A DNA stretch of 55,870 nt from a virus (lineage: Duplodnaviria; Caudoviricetes): the IMG/VR virus record IMGVR_UViG_3300021961_000124, positions 1-55,870 of that record. One strand, 5' to 3'. Made by a program: the position numbers and the translations under genes. Numbering within the stretch: the first letter of the stretch is position 1; each line of letters starts with the position of its first letter. This document shows positions 37,454 to 45,746 of this stretch, piece by piece. The notes under the pieces are model-generated. The model saw only the letters and a program-made list of their open reading frames with translations. It was not told the origin of the DNA and made no database searches.

Positions 37454-38885
37454 TGTAGTAATTGTTGGTGGCGGCACGGCCGGCTGGAGCACGGCTGCAT
37501 TACTGTCGTCTAATCCTAAAATTAATGTTACAGTAATAGAACCTAGTGACATTCCTACTATAGGAGTAGGCGAAAGTACTATACCTTATATTAACATAAT
37601 TCATCAAAAGATGAAGTTGTCAGTATTCAATACATCAGAATGGCTTAAAGAAGTTAACGGTACGTTAAAATTTAGTATTGAATTTGCGGATTACCACAAA
37701 CTAAATCATAAATGGATTCATCCGTTTACAAGCAACTTAACCCAAGATGACAACATAACTAATCTTACTTGTAGCAGTCAGCTTCCGTTGAATGTATATC
37801 AAGATCAACCTGACTTTGTTATAGACAATTATTCTTTTCCTAACTTGTGTAATCGTCAGTTCACTCACTACTACGACCAAGACAAATTTGTAATGACACC
37901 AACATCTGGCTATCATATTGATGCTGTTCGTTATGCTAATCTACTTAAAAGAGAAAGTCTTAAACGTGATAACTGCAATTGCCTAGATTTAAAAATTAGC
38001 AAAGTTGTAGTTGACGAGAACAACTATGTTAAAGAACTGCTAACAACATCTAACGATGCTATACATGCAGATTTGTTTATAGATTGCACTGGATTCAGTG
38101 CAATACTGTCTAATGCAGTTGGAAGCAAGTGGGATGATTCTTACAGTAAACGATTATTTGTTGATACAGCATTAGCAATACAGTTGCCATACATAGATGA
38201 AAAAACGCAAATGCGCAATACAACGTATTGCCATGCATTAGGATATGGATGGGTATGGAACGTTCCTTTGCAAAATCGTATCGGAACAGGCTATGTATAC
38301 AGTTCAAAATACACATCACAAGAAGCTGCTACTGAAGAATTTAAACAACACTTGCACAGCAAATACGGATATAACAAGGATGAACTAGAATTTAGAAAAG
38401 TTCCGTTCAATGTTGGTATGCGTCCCGAATCTTGGAAAAACAATGTAGTAGCTGTAGGTCTAAGCAGCTTCTTTTTAGAACCAATCGAAAGTACAGCAAT
38501 TGCACATCTGCAACATCAAGCAGTTACTATACTTAATATGTTAGAGTCAAATTGGATTTCAGTTGAAAATAAAAGAAAAAGGTTTAACAGTCTAAACAAA
38601 TCGAGTTTAGATGCTATAGCAAGTTATATTGAGCAGCACTATATCTTCTCTGATAGACAAGATACAGAATTTTGGAGGGCTTTTACTAGCCTAGAACTGA
38701 CTGATGCACAGAAACAAATTTTAAAAGCGTTCACGGACAGTGAAATAACTTTTAATGCACAGTATGCGAAAACACACTATGACGGGCATAGTTTATTTTC
38801 GCAAAGTAGCTATATGTTTCTGTTTTTAGGATACGATATTGCGCCTAATCAGACAACTGACCGGATTCGACAATATCTTTTCTAA
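37434..38885 (+). CDS. flavin-dependent (tryptophan) halogenase family protein
   Basis: GGGTAG FAD motif, IGVGESTIP, conserved Lys in GTLK, YHIDA, FIDCTGF, WxWxIP-type motif GWVWNVP, and F.EPIEST. Confidence 0.92.
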   Translation: MQNQICNVVIVGGGTAGWSTAALLSSNPKINVTVIEPSDIPTIGVGESTIPYINIIHQKMKLSVFNTSEWLKEVNGTLKFSIEFADYHKLNHKWIHPFTSNLTQDDNITNLTCSSQLPLNVYQDQPDFVIDNYSFPNLCNRQFTHYYDQDKFVMTPTSGYHIDAVRYANLLKRESLKRDNCNCLDLKISKVVVDENNYVKELLTTSNDAIHADLFIDCTGFSAILSNAVGSKWDDSYSKRLFVDTALAIQLPYIDEKTQMRNTTYCHALGYGWVWNVPLQNRIGTGYVYSSKYTSQEAATEEFKQHLHSKYGYNKDELEFRKVPFNVGMRPESWKNNVVAVGLSSFFLEPIESTAIAHLQHQAVTILNMLESNWISVENKRKRFNSLNKSSLDAIASYIEQHYIFSDRQDTEFWRAFTSLELTDAQKQILKAFTDSEITFNAQYAKTHYDGHSLFSQSSYMFLFLGYDIAPNQTTDRIRQYLF

Positions 38886-39159
38886 TCTGTTCTATTTCTT
38901 TTTTTACTTCATTGAAGTTGGACATAGCACCATACATTACTTCAGTTATTTGTGCTATTTTATGTATAGCCCACCACCACCAAATAATTGCGGTAGTGAA
39001 CATAATTATAAACCCAATGGTTAATGCTCGTTCGTAACTGTTATTAAAATCAAAAAACCATATAAAAAATAAAACAGATAGTCCAACCAATGGTGCTACG
39101 GCTGCAAACCATGCCCAAATTTTAATTTCTTTAATTGCCTTGTTTCGAAAATTTAACAT
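38845..39159 (-). CDS. 104-aa two-TM membrane protein with C-terminal coiled coil
   Basis: Start MLNFRN; two hydrophobic segments; TATAAATA late promoter inside a hairpin upstream. Confidence 0.72.
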   Translation of the reverse strand: MLNFRNKAIKEIKIWAWFAAVAPLVGLSVLFFIWFFDFNNSYERALTIGFIIMFTTAIIWWWWAIHKIAQITEVMYGAMSNFNEVKKEIEQIRKDIVESGQLSD

Positions 39160-39164
39160 GCCTG

Positions 39165-39209
39165 TATCTCCCTCTATAAGCAAATTATTTATAGAGGAAA
39201 AACGAGATA
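39165..39209 (-). promoter_or_regulatory. late promoter TATAAATA within an RBS-sequestering hairpin
   Basis: TATCTC/GAGATA and CCTCTATAA/TTATAGAGG inverted repeats; TATAAATA at 39186-39193. Confidence 0.7.
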
Positions 39210-39230
39210 TTAAATTATAGTTTTTTGGAT

Positions 39231-40349
39231 TTAGCTGGAAATCTGCCCGAAGTTTTTCCATTCGCCGGGCGTTCCGTCTTTTACACACACCCATCCAACG
39301 TAACCTGTTGGTTGTGGATGTATGTTCCAAACAATATCGCCTTTTTGGTAGCTGCCGCTGTTTGGAGCACGATCACCGACCTCTTGTTTCTTTCCTTGGA
39401 ACTTGACCGGACCTGCTGTTACAATATCACAATCTGGATTGTTTACATTAATACCTAGATTACCTTGGACTGTGGTCTTTGATCCTACATTTGCTCCAAT
39501 TGTGATATGACCTGATCCTGATATAGAAATTCTTGCAGTATTATCAGTTATAATTTCTAAATTGCTTGTGGTCCAGTTGCCTATTCTTGTTCCACGAATA
39601 GTCTCGTTATCGATTACAAATTCGCCATCAATGCTTGCAATACTTAATGCACCGTTTGGAGATTCTGTTCCAATGCCTATACGTTGATTTGTGCTTTCGT
39701 AGAAAACATGCTCATCGATTGTCAAATTGCCAGATGTTCTTAGGTTCCTAAGTGTTCCAACTGTTGTTAGATATGATGTTGTAACAGTTGGTCCAAGTTC
39801 TCCTGATCTTAGTACAGCATTCCCTCCGATAGCAAAGAACTTTTCTGTGTTTAGATCAATTGAATCTGAGCTCCAAAAGCGATCTGGATTGCCTCTGTAA
39901 ACTAGTTGTTTCACACCATCTGAAGCTCTCCAAACTAGTCCCTTATTGTATACAGAGTTACTTTGGTCTGGATGGAACTCAATCGGCGATGTTCTTTCTT
40001 GTCTTATATCCGCCGTTATTTCGTTAACGTGTAATTTTTTAGCAGTTATTTCACCTTTAACAAACAAACTTCCTGTAACGTTTGTGTCTCCTAGCAAGTT
40101 TTTAATGTTTATGTTGTCAGTATGTACACCTTTGTCGTTGATCAGTAACACTTGCTTGCTTGCATCGTCTTTGATGCCAACACTTGCAAAGTTAAGTATT
40201 TGTCCACCATTAATATGGTTTCCACTAAGTGTTCTATTTCTTATTTCGGGCATTTGTGGCTCGCGATTAGCAATGCTTTCTACTGCTTTGTAGAGAGCAT
40301 CCATACCCTGTCTAAGATTTAATAAGTCAATGTCTACTGAATCGCTCAT
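39231..40349 (-). CDS. putative tail/virion protein
   Basis: SYLTTVGTL..L, RIGIGT.SP and C-terminal GDIVWN..P..GY.GWVC...GTPGEWK motifs; ATAAATA upstream. Confidence 0.72.
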   Translation of the reverse strand: MSDSVDIDLLNLRQGMDALYKAVESIANREPQMPEIRNRTLSGNHINGGQILNFASVGIKDDASKQVLLINDKGVHTDNINIKNLLGDTNVTGSLFVKGEITAKKLHVNEITADIRQERTSPIEFHPDQSNSVYNKGLVWRASDGVKQLVYRGNPDRFWSSDSIDLNTEKFFAIGGNAVLRSGELGPTVTTSYLTTVGTLRNLRTSGNLTIDEHVFYESTNQRIGIGTESPNGALSIASIDGEFVIDNETIRGTRIGNWTTSNLEIITDNTARISISGSGHITIGANVGSKTTVQGNLGINVNNPDCDIVTAGPVKFQGKKQEVGDRAPNSGSYQKGDIVWNIHPQPTGYVGWVCVKDGTPGEWKNFGQISS

Positions 40350-40379
40350 GAAAGGTTTCCTGTTTATTATTAGTATTTA

Positions 40380-41660
40380 TCAGGAAACCTTTAGAAGGAT
40401 GGTATCTGCGTTAATGCGCCCGTTAAGTTTAGTGTCAGTTGTGTTAATTTCTTCCAAAAACTTGCGTAAAGCAACTTTTCCCGCTGCTTTAAAGTCTTTA
40501 ATCTGTACATCTGGTTTACGCAGGGTTTTTTGAATACTAAGTGTTTCATCGTATCCAATGATTGTAGTACCTTTAACACTAAGTCCAGTACCGTCTCGAG
40601 CCATGCCTTTAGGGTCAACATTGGCTGCAACATACTTGCCCAACTTTCGAGATTTTGTGTTAAACACCCAAAGCTCACTAGCCCCTACAATATCAATTGG
40701 ACTAATACTTGCAAGTTGATACTTGTCGTCTGCTTTAGCGTACTTGAGCTTTTCTACAAGTTTATCAGCACTACGTGGTTTAGCCTTGCGCGGCTTCCGT
40801 GTAGCCTTTGCTTGGTCGATAATGAAGTCAAGTGCAGACAGCAGACTTTCAATTGCTTCAGAATACTTTTTAATGTCTGCTTTTTTAAGATGTGCATAAC
40901 CCTCTTTTAGCTGTGCCCAAAGATCTGCTTCTTTCTCATCCATCTTAGCAAGTTGACCTGCTGTGGGATAACGTTCGAGTTCTTTAAAGTCGTCCAATTC
41001 GCTTTCATAAAAAGACTTCATTTTACGAGCATGGGCTTGTGTTACACCCTTTTTAGTAAAATGCTTTTTAAAGTCAAATCCTTTGGGATCAAATTTTTCT
41101 TTGTTAACAACAAATCCTTCTAACCAACTTTCAATGTCTTCACAAGCGTCTTGTGCTTGTTCTGTAATACGCTCTTGGATAGACGGAATATATTTGGTTG
41201 ACTTTTCTTTTTCTTCTTCCTGCTTTTCCTCTGCGATCAGACGTCCTTTCGTAATACACTCATCTAGTGACTTACGTACAAATTCCGTTGCAGGTTTTAG
41301 GTCTCCCATTGTGCCAGGAAGACTGTTCCAGTAGTCTGCATGTTTTGGATTAAGGTCTGGCATTCCTGCACGAAGCAGTTTGCAAGAAATAGCCAACGTG
41401 CTACTTGGGCCTTGTTTTTTGGCTGCTTCAATATCTTCTCTGCTGTAACCGTTTTCCTTCATCCAGCCATATACTTCTGGGGCAATGTCACTTGTCTTAA
41501 AGTTCTCATAAATGTCCTGACGATAGATGTGGACTTTGCGATGATAGGTTGCACCATCCCATTCTTCCCAACCTGTAAAGTCATACAGATTTTTCTTGTT
41601 TTTTGGAATGTATACTGCCCGTGTTTTTTTCTTACGCGGAGTCTTTATAGAAAGTGCCAT
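40380..41660 (-). CDS. conserved T4-like phage hypothetical protein
   Basis: 426 aa; C-terminal LWVFNTK.RKLG.Y...GL.VKGTTI...KTLRKP...NGRIN; own promoter. Confidence 0.75.
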   Translation of the reverse strand: MALSIKTPRKKKTRAVYIPKNKKNLYDFTGWEEWDGATYHRKVHIYRQDIYENFKTSDIAPEVYGWMKENGYSREDIEAAKKQGPSSTLAISCKLLRAGMPDLNPKHADYWNSLPGTMGDLKPATEFVRKSLDECITKGRLIAEEKQEEEKEKSTKYIPSIQERITEQAQDACEDIESWLEGFVVNKEKFDPKGFDFKKHFTKKGVTQAHARKMKSFYESELDDFKELERYPTAGQLAKMDEKEADLWAQLKEGYAHLKKADIKKYSEAIESLLSALDFIIDQAKATRKPRKAKPRSADKLVEKLKYAKADDKYQLASISPIDIVGASELWVFNTKSRKLGKYVAANVDPKGMARDGTGLSVKGTTIIGYDETLSIQKTLRKPDVQIKDFKAAGKVALRKFLEEINTTDTKLNGRINADTILLKVS

Positions 41661-41692
41661 TTTGAATCCCTCTAAAGTTTGTCTATATTGTT

Positions 41693-41720
41693 ATTATATA
41701 GCCGTCTACAGATTTGTCAA
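41693..41720 (-). promoter_or_regulatory. sigma70-like early promoter
   Basis: TTGACA-N16-TATAAT, back-to-back with a GATAAATA on the plus strand. Confidence 0.7.
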
Positions 41721-41752
41721 GATAAATATTGATCTACAGAGGGCATTTTTCC

Positions 41753-41977
41753 ATGGCACGAAAAATTTTGGCAAAACCATTTATTCCACCAAATACTTGT
41801 CCCCATATAGACAGGATTTCGGATCTAGTAGACGAAATAGGAGAATGCGTTGACGACATTCGTTTGTTAGAGCAGCTAACCAACACAATAAAAGCAGAGC
41901 TAGAATATATACGAAGGTCAAACGAGCTACTACGGACAGCATCCAAATATTGGCACGATAAAGCTACCCGTTCTTAA
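41753..41977 (+). CDS. 74-aa hypothetical protein
   Basis: MARKILAKPFIPPNTCPHID...ELEYIR..NE.LR; AGAGG RBS and TAAATA upstream. Confidence 0.65.
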   Translation: MARKILAKPFIPPNTCPHIDRISDLVDEIGECVDDIRLLEQLTNTIKAELEYIRRSNELLRTASKYWHDKATRS

Positions 41978-41979
41978 CT

Positions 41980-43287
41980 TTACAATTTTTCTCCAATTTC
42001 AAAACCTCTAAATGTTTTAAATCTTGGAAAACGCAGGCTGTAGGATCCGTCTTGATTTTGGGTAACGGCATCTGCTCTTACTTCAACGAGTTGACCAACG
42101 ACAGCACCGCGAGCAGTCCAAAACTGATCTCTATCACTATCGCTGAAACCACTACCAACATTGACGGTAATAGCTTTCCCGTCATCGGATCCGGAGCAAA
42201 CCAGAGCTCCAAGTCTACCCAAATTTCTTCCAGTGCCTTCCTCAACATTGGTTACCTCCAAAGTGACTTCAATAAATGGTTTGGCTTTAAGCCAAGCATG
42301 ACTCCGTTTACATTCGTAGGGTGCATCTACATCTTTGATCATTACACCCTCGTATCCACCGTCTACAGCCGCTTTATTAAGCCCTACAAAGCGTTTGTTC
42401 CCTTCAGGAGTGTCTAAGTCTACTGTTTCCCACTTCAACGCTTGTACGTGCTTTAAAAACGCTGTATGCTTGCTTACCCAAGACTCTACAAGCAAAGAAC
42501 GGATGTGCTGTGGCTTATTCCATACACCTTTTTGAAAGTCTTCCAAAGGAACAACGTCAAACAAATGTAGTACAGCATCACCTGCACTTACATTGTCCTT
42601 ACGATGTACCTGCTTCATTAGGTCTTGGAAATTGGCACTCATTACTTCGCCATCCAAAACCAAATCATAGGGTGGCGGATCATATGAAACTACTTTCTTA
42701 ATCTCATCAACAATATGTCCAAAATTATGGAACTGTTTTCCGTTGCGACTAAACTGTTCAATGAGTCCATTTTTACGAACTACAGTTAGTACACGTACAC
42801 CGTCCAATTTAACTTCAATCTGTTTCTTGCCAGTCATCTTCTTTTCGTGATTGGCACTATCATGTGCAAGTTGGCAAGTAAACACAGGAACACAATCTGG
42901 AACTACCTTGTTTACAGTCTTTTCACTTACGCCACAACGTAGGTCTTTGATAAGGATACGACGATACCAGTCATTCCATTGCGTTTTTGTAGCAATACTC
43001 ATTGCAAGCTCGATGCCATCACGAGCCGCATGACCTGTTAGTTCACGACGTTGCAGTTTGTCTGCTAGGTCTTTGAATACATCCCAAGCAAGTCCTTGTC
43101 CATCTTCCGTTGCTTCCGGAACTTGTTTAACACCAAATGTAACAAGTGGATCCAGTGCCATTCGTACACCATCAAAGAACTCTGGCAGTCCTTCCTTGTA
43201 TGCGGCTTCAATGATTGCTTCCTTGTTAAGGCGGCTTGGATGATCTTCTAATGATCGAATAATAGCATCTGGTTGTGTACGCATCAT
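41980..43287 (-). CDS. ATP-dependent DNA ligase
   Basis: KxDG (EVKLDGVR), LDGE, EGVMIK, WLK.K and SLRFPRF motifs. Confidence 0.96.
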   Translation of the reverse strand: MMRTQPDAIIRSLEDHPSRLNKEAIIEAAYKEGLPEFFDGVRMALDPLVTFGVKQVPEATEDGQGLAWDVFKDLADKLQRRELTGHAARDGIELAMSIATKTQWNDWYRRILIKDLRCGVSEKTVNKVVPDCVPVFTCQLAHDSANHEKKMTGKKQIEVKLDGVRVLTVVRKNGLIEQFSRNGKQFHNFGHIVDEIKKVVSYDPPPYDLVLDGEVMSANFQDLMKQVHRKDNVSAGDAVLHLFDVVPLEDFQKGVWNKPQHIRSLLVESWVSKHTAFLKHVQALKWETVDLDTPEGNKRFVGLNKAAVDGGYEGVMIKDVDAPYECKRSHAWLKAKPFIEVTLEVTNVEEGTGRNLGRLGALVCSGSDDGKAITVNVGSGFSDSDRDQFWTARGAVVGQLVEVRADAVTQNQDGSYSLRFPRFKTFRGFEIGEKL

Positions 43288-43291
43288 GTCC

Positions 43292-43636
43292 TCAACTAAA
43301 ATTAAAATGGAACTGCTGTTTAAATGAGAGGTTGCCTGGTTGGTCCTCACTGTTTAATAATTGTAACACAGGATCAGGAATAAATCTACCAAATTTTTGG
43401 ACGAATTCTTCTCTAGTCAAGTTCTCAGCACCTTGTGCGTAGTAACTGCCAAATTCCTCCACAAACTGTCTTGCGGCGCGAAACTTGGCACTGTTCTTAA
43501 TCGTATGATTTGGATATTCACCTTCATAATCGTCAGCGTAGGGATACGCACGAGTGATGAGCAAACACAAAGTTCTGCCCTCACCCGTAGCGTAATAGTC
43601 ACATGCTAGAAACTGATACAGTTCGTCTATCATCAC
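43292..43636 (-). CDS. hypothetical protein
   Basis: 114-aa ORF overlapping the upstream stop; YYATGEG motif. Confidence 0.65.
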   Translation of the reverse strand: MMIDELYQFLACDYYATGEGRTLCLLITRAYPYADDYEGEYPNHTIKNSAKFRAARQFVEEFGSYYAQGAENLTREEFVQKFGRFIPDPVLQLLNSEDQPGNLSFKQQFHFNFS

Positions 43637-44199
43637 ATCATAGGTCCGTTACCGTTTCTAAAACCTACACTCCCACCTTCTGCTTCAATGCGTTTGATAA
43701 CATCTTCAAACAGGATAGGAGCAAAGTTTGGAGTCTGTTCTACGCACACACAGTGGTAACGAACGTCAACAACACCATCTTTCTTTACACGATTGGCATG
43801 TAAGTGTCCGTGAATGTTAACTCCAAAGCGACCTAAACTATCCTCGTGGATAGGAATGTGCGACAAAATCATTCCGTTCATCACGTGGTATGCACGTAGT
43901 TCACGGAAGTACTCACGGTACTCTGTATCACGAAAGATATCGTGGTTGCCGCGGATCAACACCTTGTCGCCGTTTAAGCGAGCAAGTGTAGGCAATGCCT
44001 TGCGGTTAATGACAACGTCACCTAAATGGTAGACCTTGTCATTTGGACGCACACGCTCGTTCCAAGCAGCAACCATTGCTTCATCCATTTCCGTAGGATC
44101 ATCCCACGGACGCAATTTGGTAACACCGTCGTCCCGTGTAAAACGGCAAACGCCAGCGTGTCCAAAATGCGTATCGCTTACTAAAAATACGCTAGGCAT
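43633..44199 (-). CDS. calcineurin-like metallophosphoesterase
   Basis: SDTHFGH, HLGD, GNHD and HGHLH motifs. Confidence 0.92.
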   Translation of the reverse strand: MPSVFLVSDTHFGHAGVCRFTRDDGVTKLRPWDDPTEMDEAMVAAWNERVRPNDKVYHLGDVVINRKALPTLARLNGDKVLIRGNHDIFRDTEYREYFRELRAYHVMNGMILSHIPIHEDSLGRFGVNIHGHLHANRVKKDGVVDVRYHCVCVEQTPNFAPILFEDVIKRIEAEGGSVGFRNGNGPMM

Positions 44200-44208
44200 A
44201 TTCGTCTC

Positions 44209-44508
44209 CTAAACTTGTGTGGGTTTCGTACCCGTGATTGTGTACAGTTTCATTATAATAGCATCAACTGCTTCTTCTGTCAAATGTCCAAGAACATCAT
44301 CGTCCTCTGCTGTGATTCCGGGCAAGCGAACGAATCCATTTGCTACTCCGTCAGCGGCATTAAACACAGCGATCTCGTAGAGTCCACTGTCGCGACCGTA
44401 GCCGTCGTCAATGATGCTCAGATGGTACTTACCAAAATCCAATACTGCTTGATTACCCAAAATACCTGTGTCGCTCTTAGGCAACAATTGAAAATCTTTT
44501 AGTTTCAT
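44209..44508 (-). CDS. hypothetical protein
   Basis: 99 aa; YG...GLYEIAV and DDVLG.L motifs; AGGAG RBS and own promoter. Confidence 0.72.
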   Translation of the reverse strand: MKLKDFQLLPKSDTGILGNQAVLDFGKYHLSIIDDGYGRDSGLYEIAVFNAADGVANGFVRLPGITAEDDDVLGHLTEEAVDAIIMKLYTITGTKPTQV

Positions 44509-44528
44509 GACCTATCTCCTTTTTGTTT

Positions 44529-44556
44529 ATTATAAGACAGTTTTTAAAATTGTCAA
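44529..44556 (-). promoter_or_regulatory. sigma70-like promoter downstream of tRNA-Cys
   Basis: TTGACA-N16-TATAAT. Confidence 0.75.
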
Positions 44557-44565
44557 TTAAAAAAT

Positions 44566-44641
44566 TGGAGTAGCGGATGGGATTCGAACCCACATTATAC
44601 AGTTTTGCAGACTGCTGCCTAACCGCTCGGCGCACCGCTAC
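44566..44641 (-). tRNA. tRNA-Cys(GCA)
   Basis: Acceptor GTAGCGG/CCGCTAC, anticodon loop CT-GCA-AA, TTCGAAT, U73 and encoded CCA. Confidence 0.93.
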
Positions 44642-44646
44642 ATATA

Positions 44647-44733
44647 TGGTGGGGAAGGATGGATTTGCACCAACTCACCTGTAAAGGAACGGATTTACAG
44701 TCCGCCGCGACTCTCTAACTTCGCCGCTTCCCC
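44647..44733 (-). tRNA. tRNA-Tyr(GTA), non-canonical D/T loops
   Basis: Acceptor GGGGAAG/CTTCCCC, GCGGA-CTGTAAA-TCCGT, long variable arm, A73-CCA; T-loop TGCAAAT. Confidence 0.88.
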
Positions 44734-44738
44734 AAATT

Positions 44739-44813
44739 TGGCATAGGTGGAGAGATTCGAACTCCCATCGCAAGGTTTTGGAGACCTGCATCTTGCCATT
44801 AGACCACACCCAT
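44739..44813 (-). tRNA. tRNA-Trp(CCA)
   Basis: Acceptor ATGGGTG/CACCTAT, loop CT-CCA-AA, TTCGAAT, G73-CCA. Confidence 0.93.
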
Positions 44814-44824
44814 ATTCAACTCAT

Positions 44825-44858
44825 AAAAAAAGCCCCTAATATTGCTACTAGGGGCTTT
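44825..44858 (-). terminator. intrinsic terminator (attenuator 3:4 hairpin)
   Basis: AGCCCCUAGUA-GCAA-UAUUAGGGGCU, with a U7 tract ending 11 nt before tRNA-Trp. Confidence 0.9.
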
Positions 44859-44879
44859 CAGAACGTATTAAAAATCACG

Positions 44880-44942
44880 TCAAGACATACCCCACCATTT
44901 TGATAGGCACCAACGATAATACATTGTAGTTGTCTTGAACAT
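44880..44942 (-). CDS. 20-aa Trp/Tyr/Cys-rich attenuator leader peptide (MFKTTTMYYRWCLSKWWGMS)
   Basis: Not in ORF track. ATG TTC AAG ACA ACT ACA ATG TAT TAT CGT TGG TGC CTA TCA AAA TGG TGG GGT ATG TCT TGA; AAGGA RBS 8 nt upstream; lies between a promoter and a terminator. Confidence 0.82.
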   Translation of the reverse strand: MFKTTTMYYRWCLSKWWGMS

Positions 44943-44962
44943 GTTAATATTCCTTTGTTTAG

Positions 44963-45000
44963 TATTTATATACTATACTTTATTTATAATCTTTTGTCAA
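44963..45000 (-). promoter_or_regulatory. promoter(s) of the leader-tRNA(Trp,Tyr,Cys) unit
   Basis: TTGACA(45000-44995)-N17-TATAGT(44977-44972); two TATAAATA late-type motifs (44988-44981 and 44970-44963). Confidence 0.8.
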
Positions 45001-45011
45001 CCATTATTTTT

Positions 45012-45040
45012 AAAAAAGATCGGCACGTATGCCGACCTTC
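45012..45040 (-). terminator. intrinsic terminator after tRNA-Ala
   Basis: GGUCGGCA-UACG-UGCCGAUC followed by U6. Confidence 0.85.
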
Positions 45041-45049
45041 TTGATTGTT

Positions 45050-45125
45050 TGGTGGAGGATAACGGGATCGAACCGTTGACCTATAGCTTGCAAAGCTACC
45101 GCTCTCCCAGCTGAGCTAATCCCCC
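45050..45125 (-). tRNA. tRNA-Ala(TGC)
   Basis: GGGGGAT/ATCCTCC with G3:U70, loop TT-TGC-AA, CCA. Confidence 0.95.
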
Positions 45126-45131
45126 GTTTAA

Positions 45132-45602
45132 TTAGAACTTAAAGTTAATACCAACAGTTGCAACATCACGTGGTGTGTTGCCGTCCCAGTCGTTAACGTA
45201 GCGATAACGAACGTCTAGGTCTACTGATTCGGTAATTCCGTAGCGAATTCCACCGCCAACGTTATAGGTCTTTACATCACCTTCTAGTGCCCAACGATAG
45301 CCAACACCTGCTAGTACATATGGTGTAAAACTATTGATTGTAACGCTAGGAACAACGTTTAAAGCGATGTTCTTTTCTTCTGACTTACTGTAGTCGAAAG
45401 TCCCTTCAACGCCAATGTTAATACCAGTCATTGATGCAACGTTCTTGCCTGCAACAACACCGATACTCCAAGGTGCGTCTGTATTAATGCCATCGGATAT
45501 GTTGCCGCCAAATGTGCCGCCAACATATGTATCCTTAGCAAATGCACTAGTTGCTCCTGCCAATGCTAGAGCTGTGGTTAGTGCGATCAAAGTCTTTCTC
45601 AT
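45132..45602 (-). CDS. 8-stranded outer-membrane beta-barrel protein (OmpA/Omp25/Ail-Lom-like)
   Basis: Signal peptide ending AFA; PYVLAGVGY, GGGIRY, LDVRYRY; C-terminal Phe (GINFKF). Confidence 0.88.
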   Translation of the reverse strand: MRKTLIALTTALALAGATSAFAKDTYVGGTFGGNISDGINTDAPWSIGVVAGKNVASMTGINIGVEGTFDYSKSEEKNIALNVVPSVTINSFTPYVLAGVGYRWALEGDVKTYNVGGGIRYGITESVDLDVRYRYVNDWDGNTPRDVATVGINFKF

Positions 45603-45664
45603 GTGTCATGTTTCCTTTCTATTTGTTGGTCAAAAACCAACATGCTATTTAGTCCATTGAGAAA

Positions 45665-45741
45665 TGGTCCGAGTGGAGAGATTCGAACTCCCGACCCATT
45701 GGTCCCAAACCAATTGCGCTACCAGACTGCGCTACACTCGG
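45665..45741 (-). tRNA. tRNA-Pro(TGG)
   Basis: CCGAGTG/CACTCGG, loop TT-TGG-GA, TTCGAAT, A73-CCA. Confidence 0.95.
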
Positions 45742-45746
45742 ATTTT

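Noticed and set aside
44825-45000. T-box riboswitch as the explanation for the terminator before the tRNAs
   Set aside because: No UGGNACC T-box bulge or Stem I, and the leader is too short; an RBS-led ORF explains the region better.
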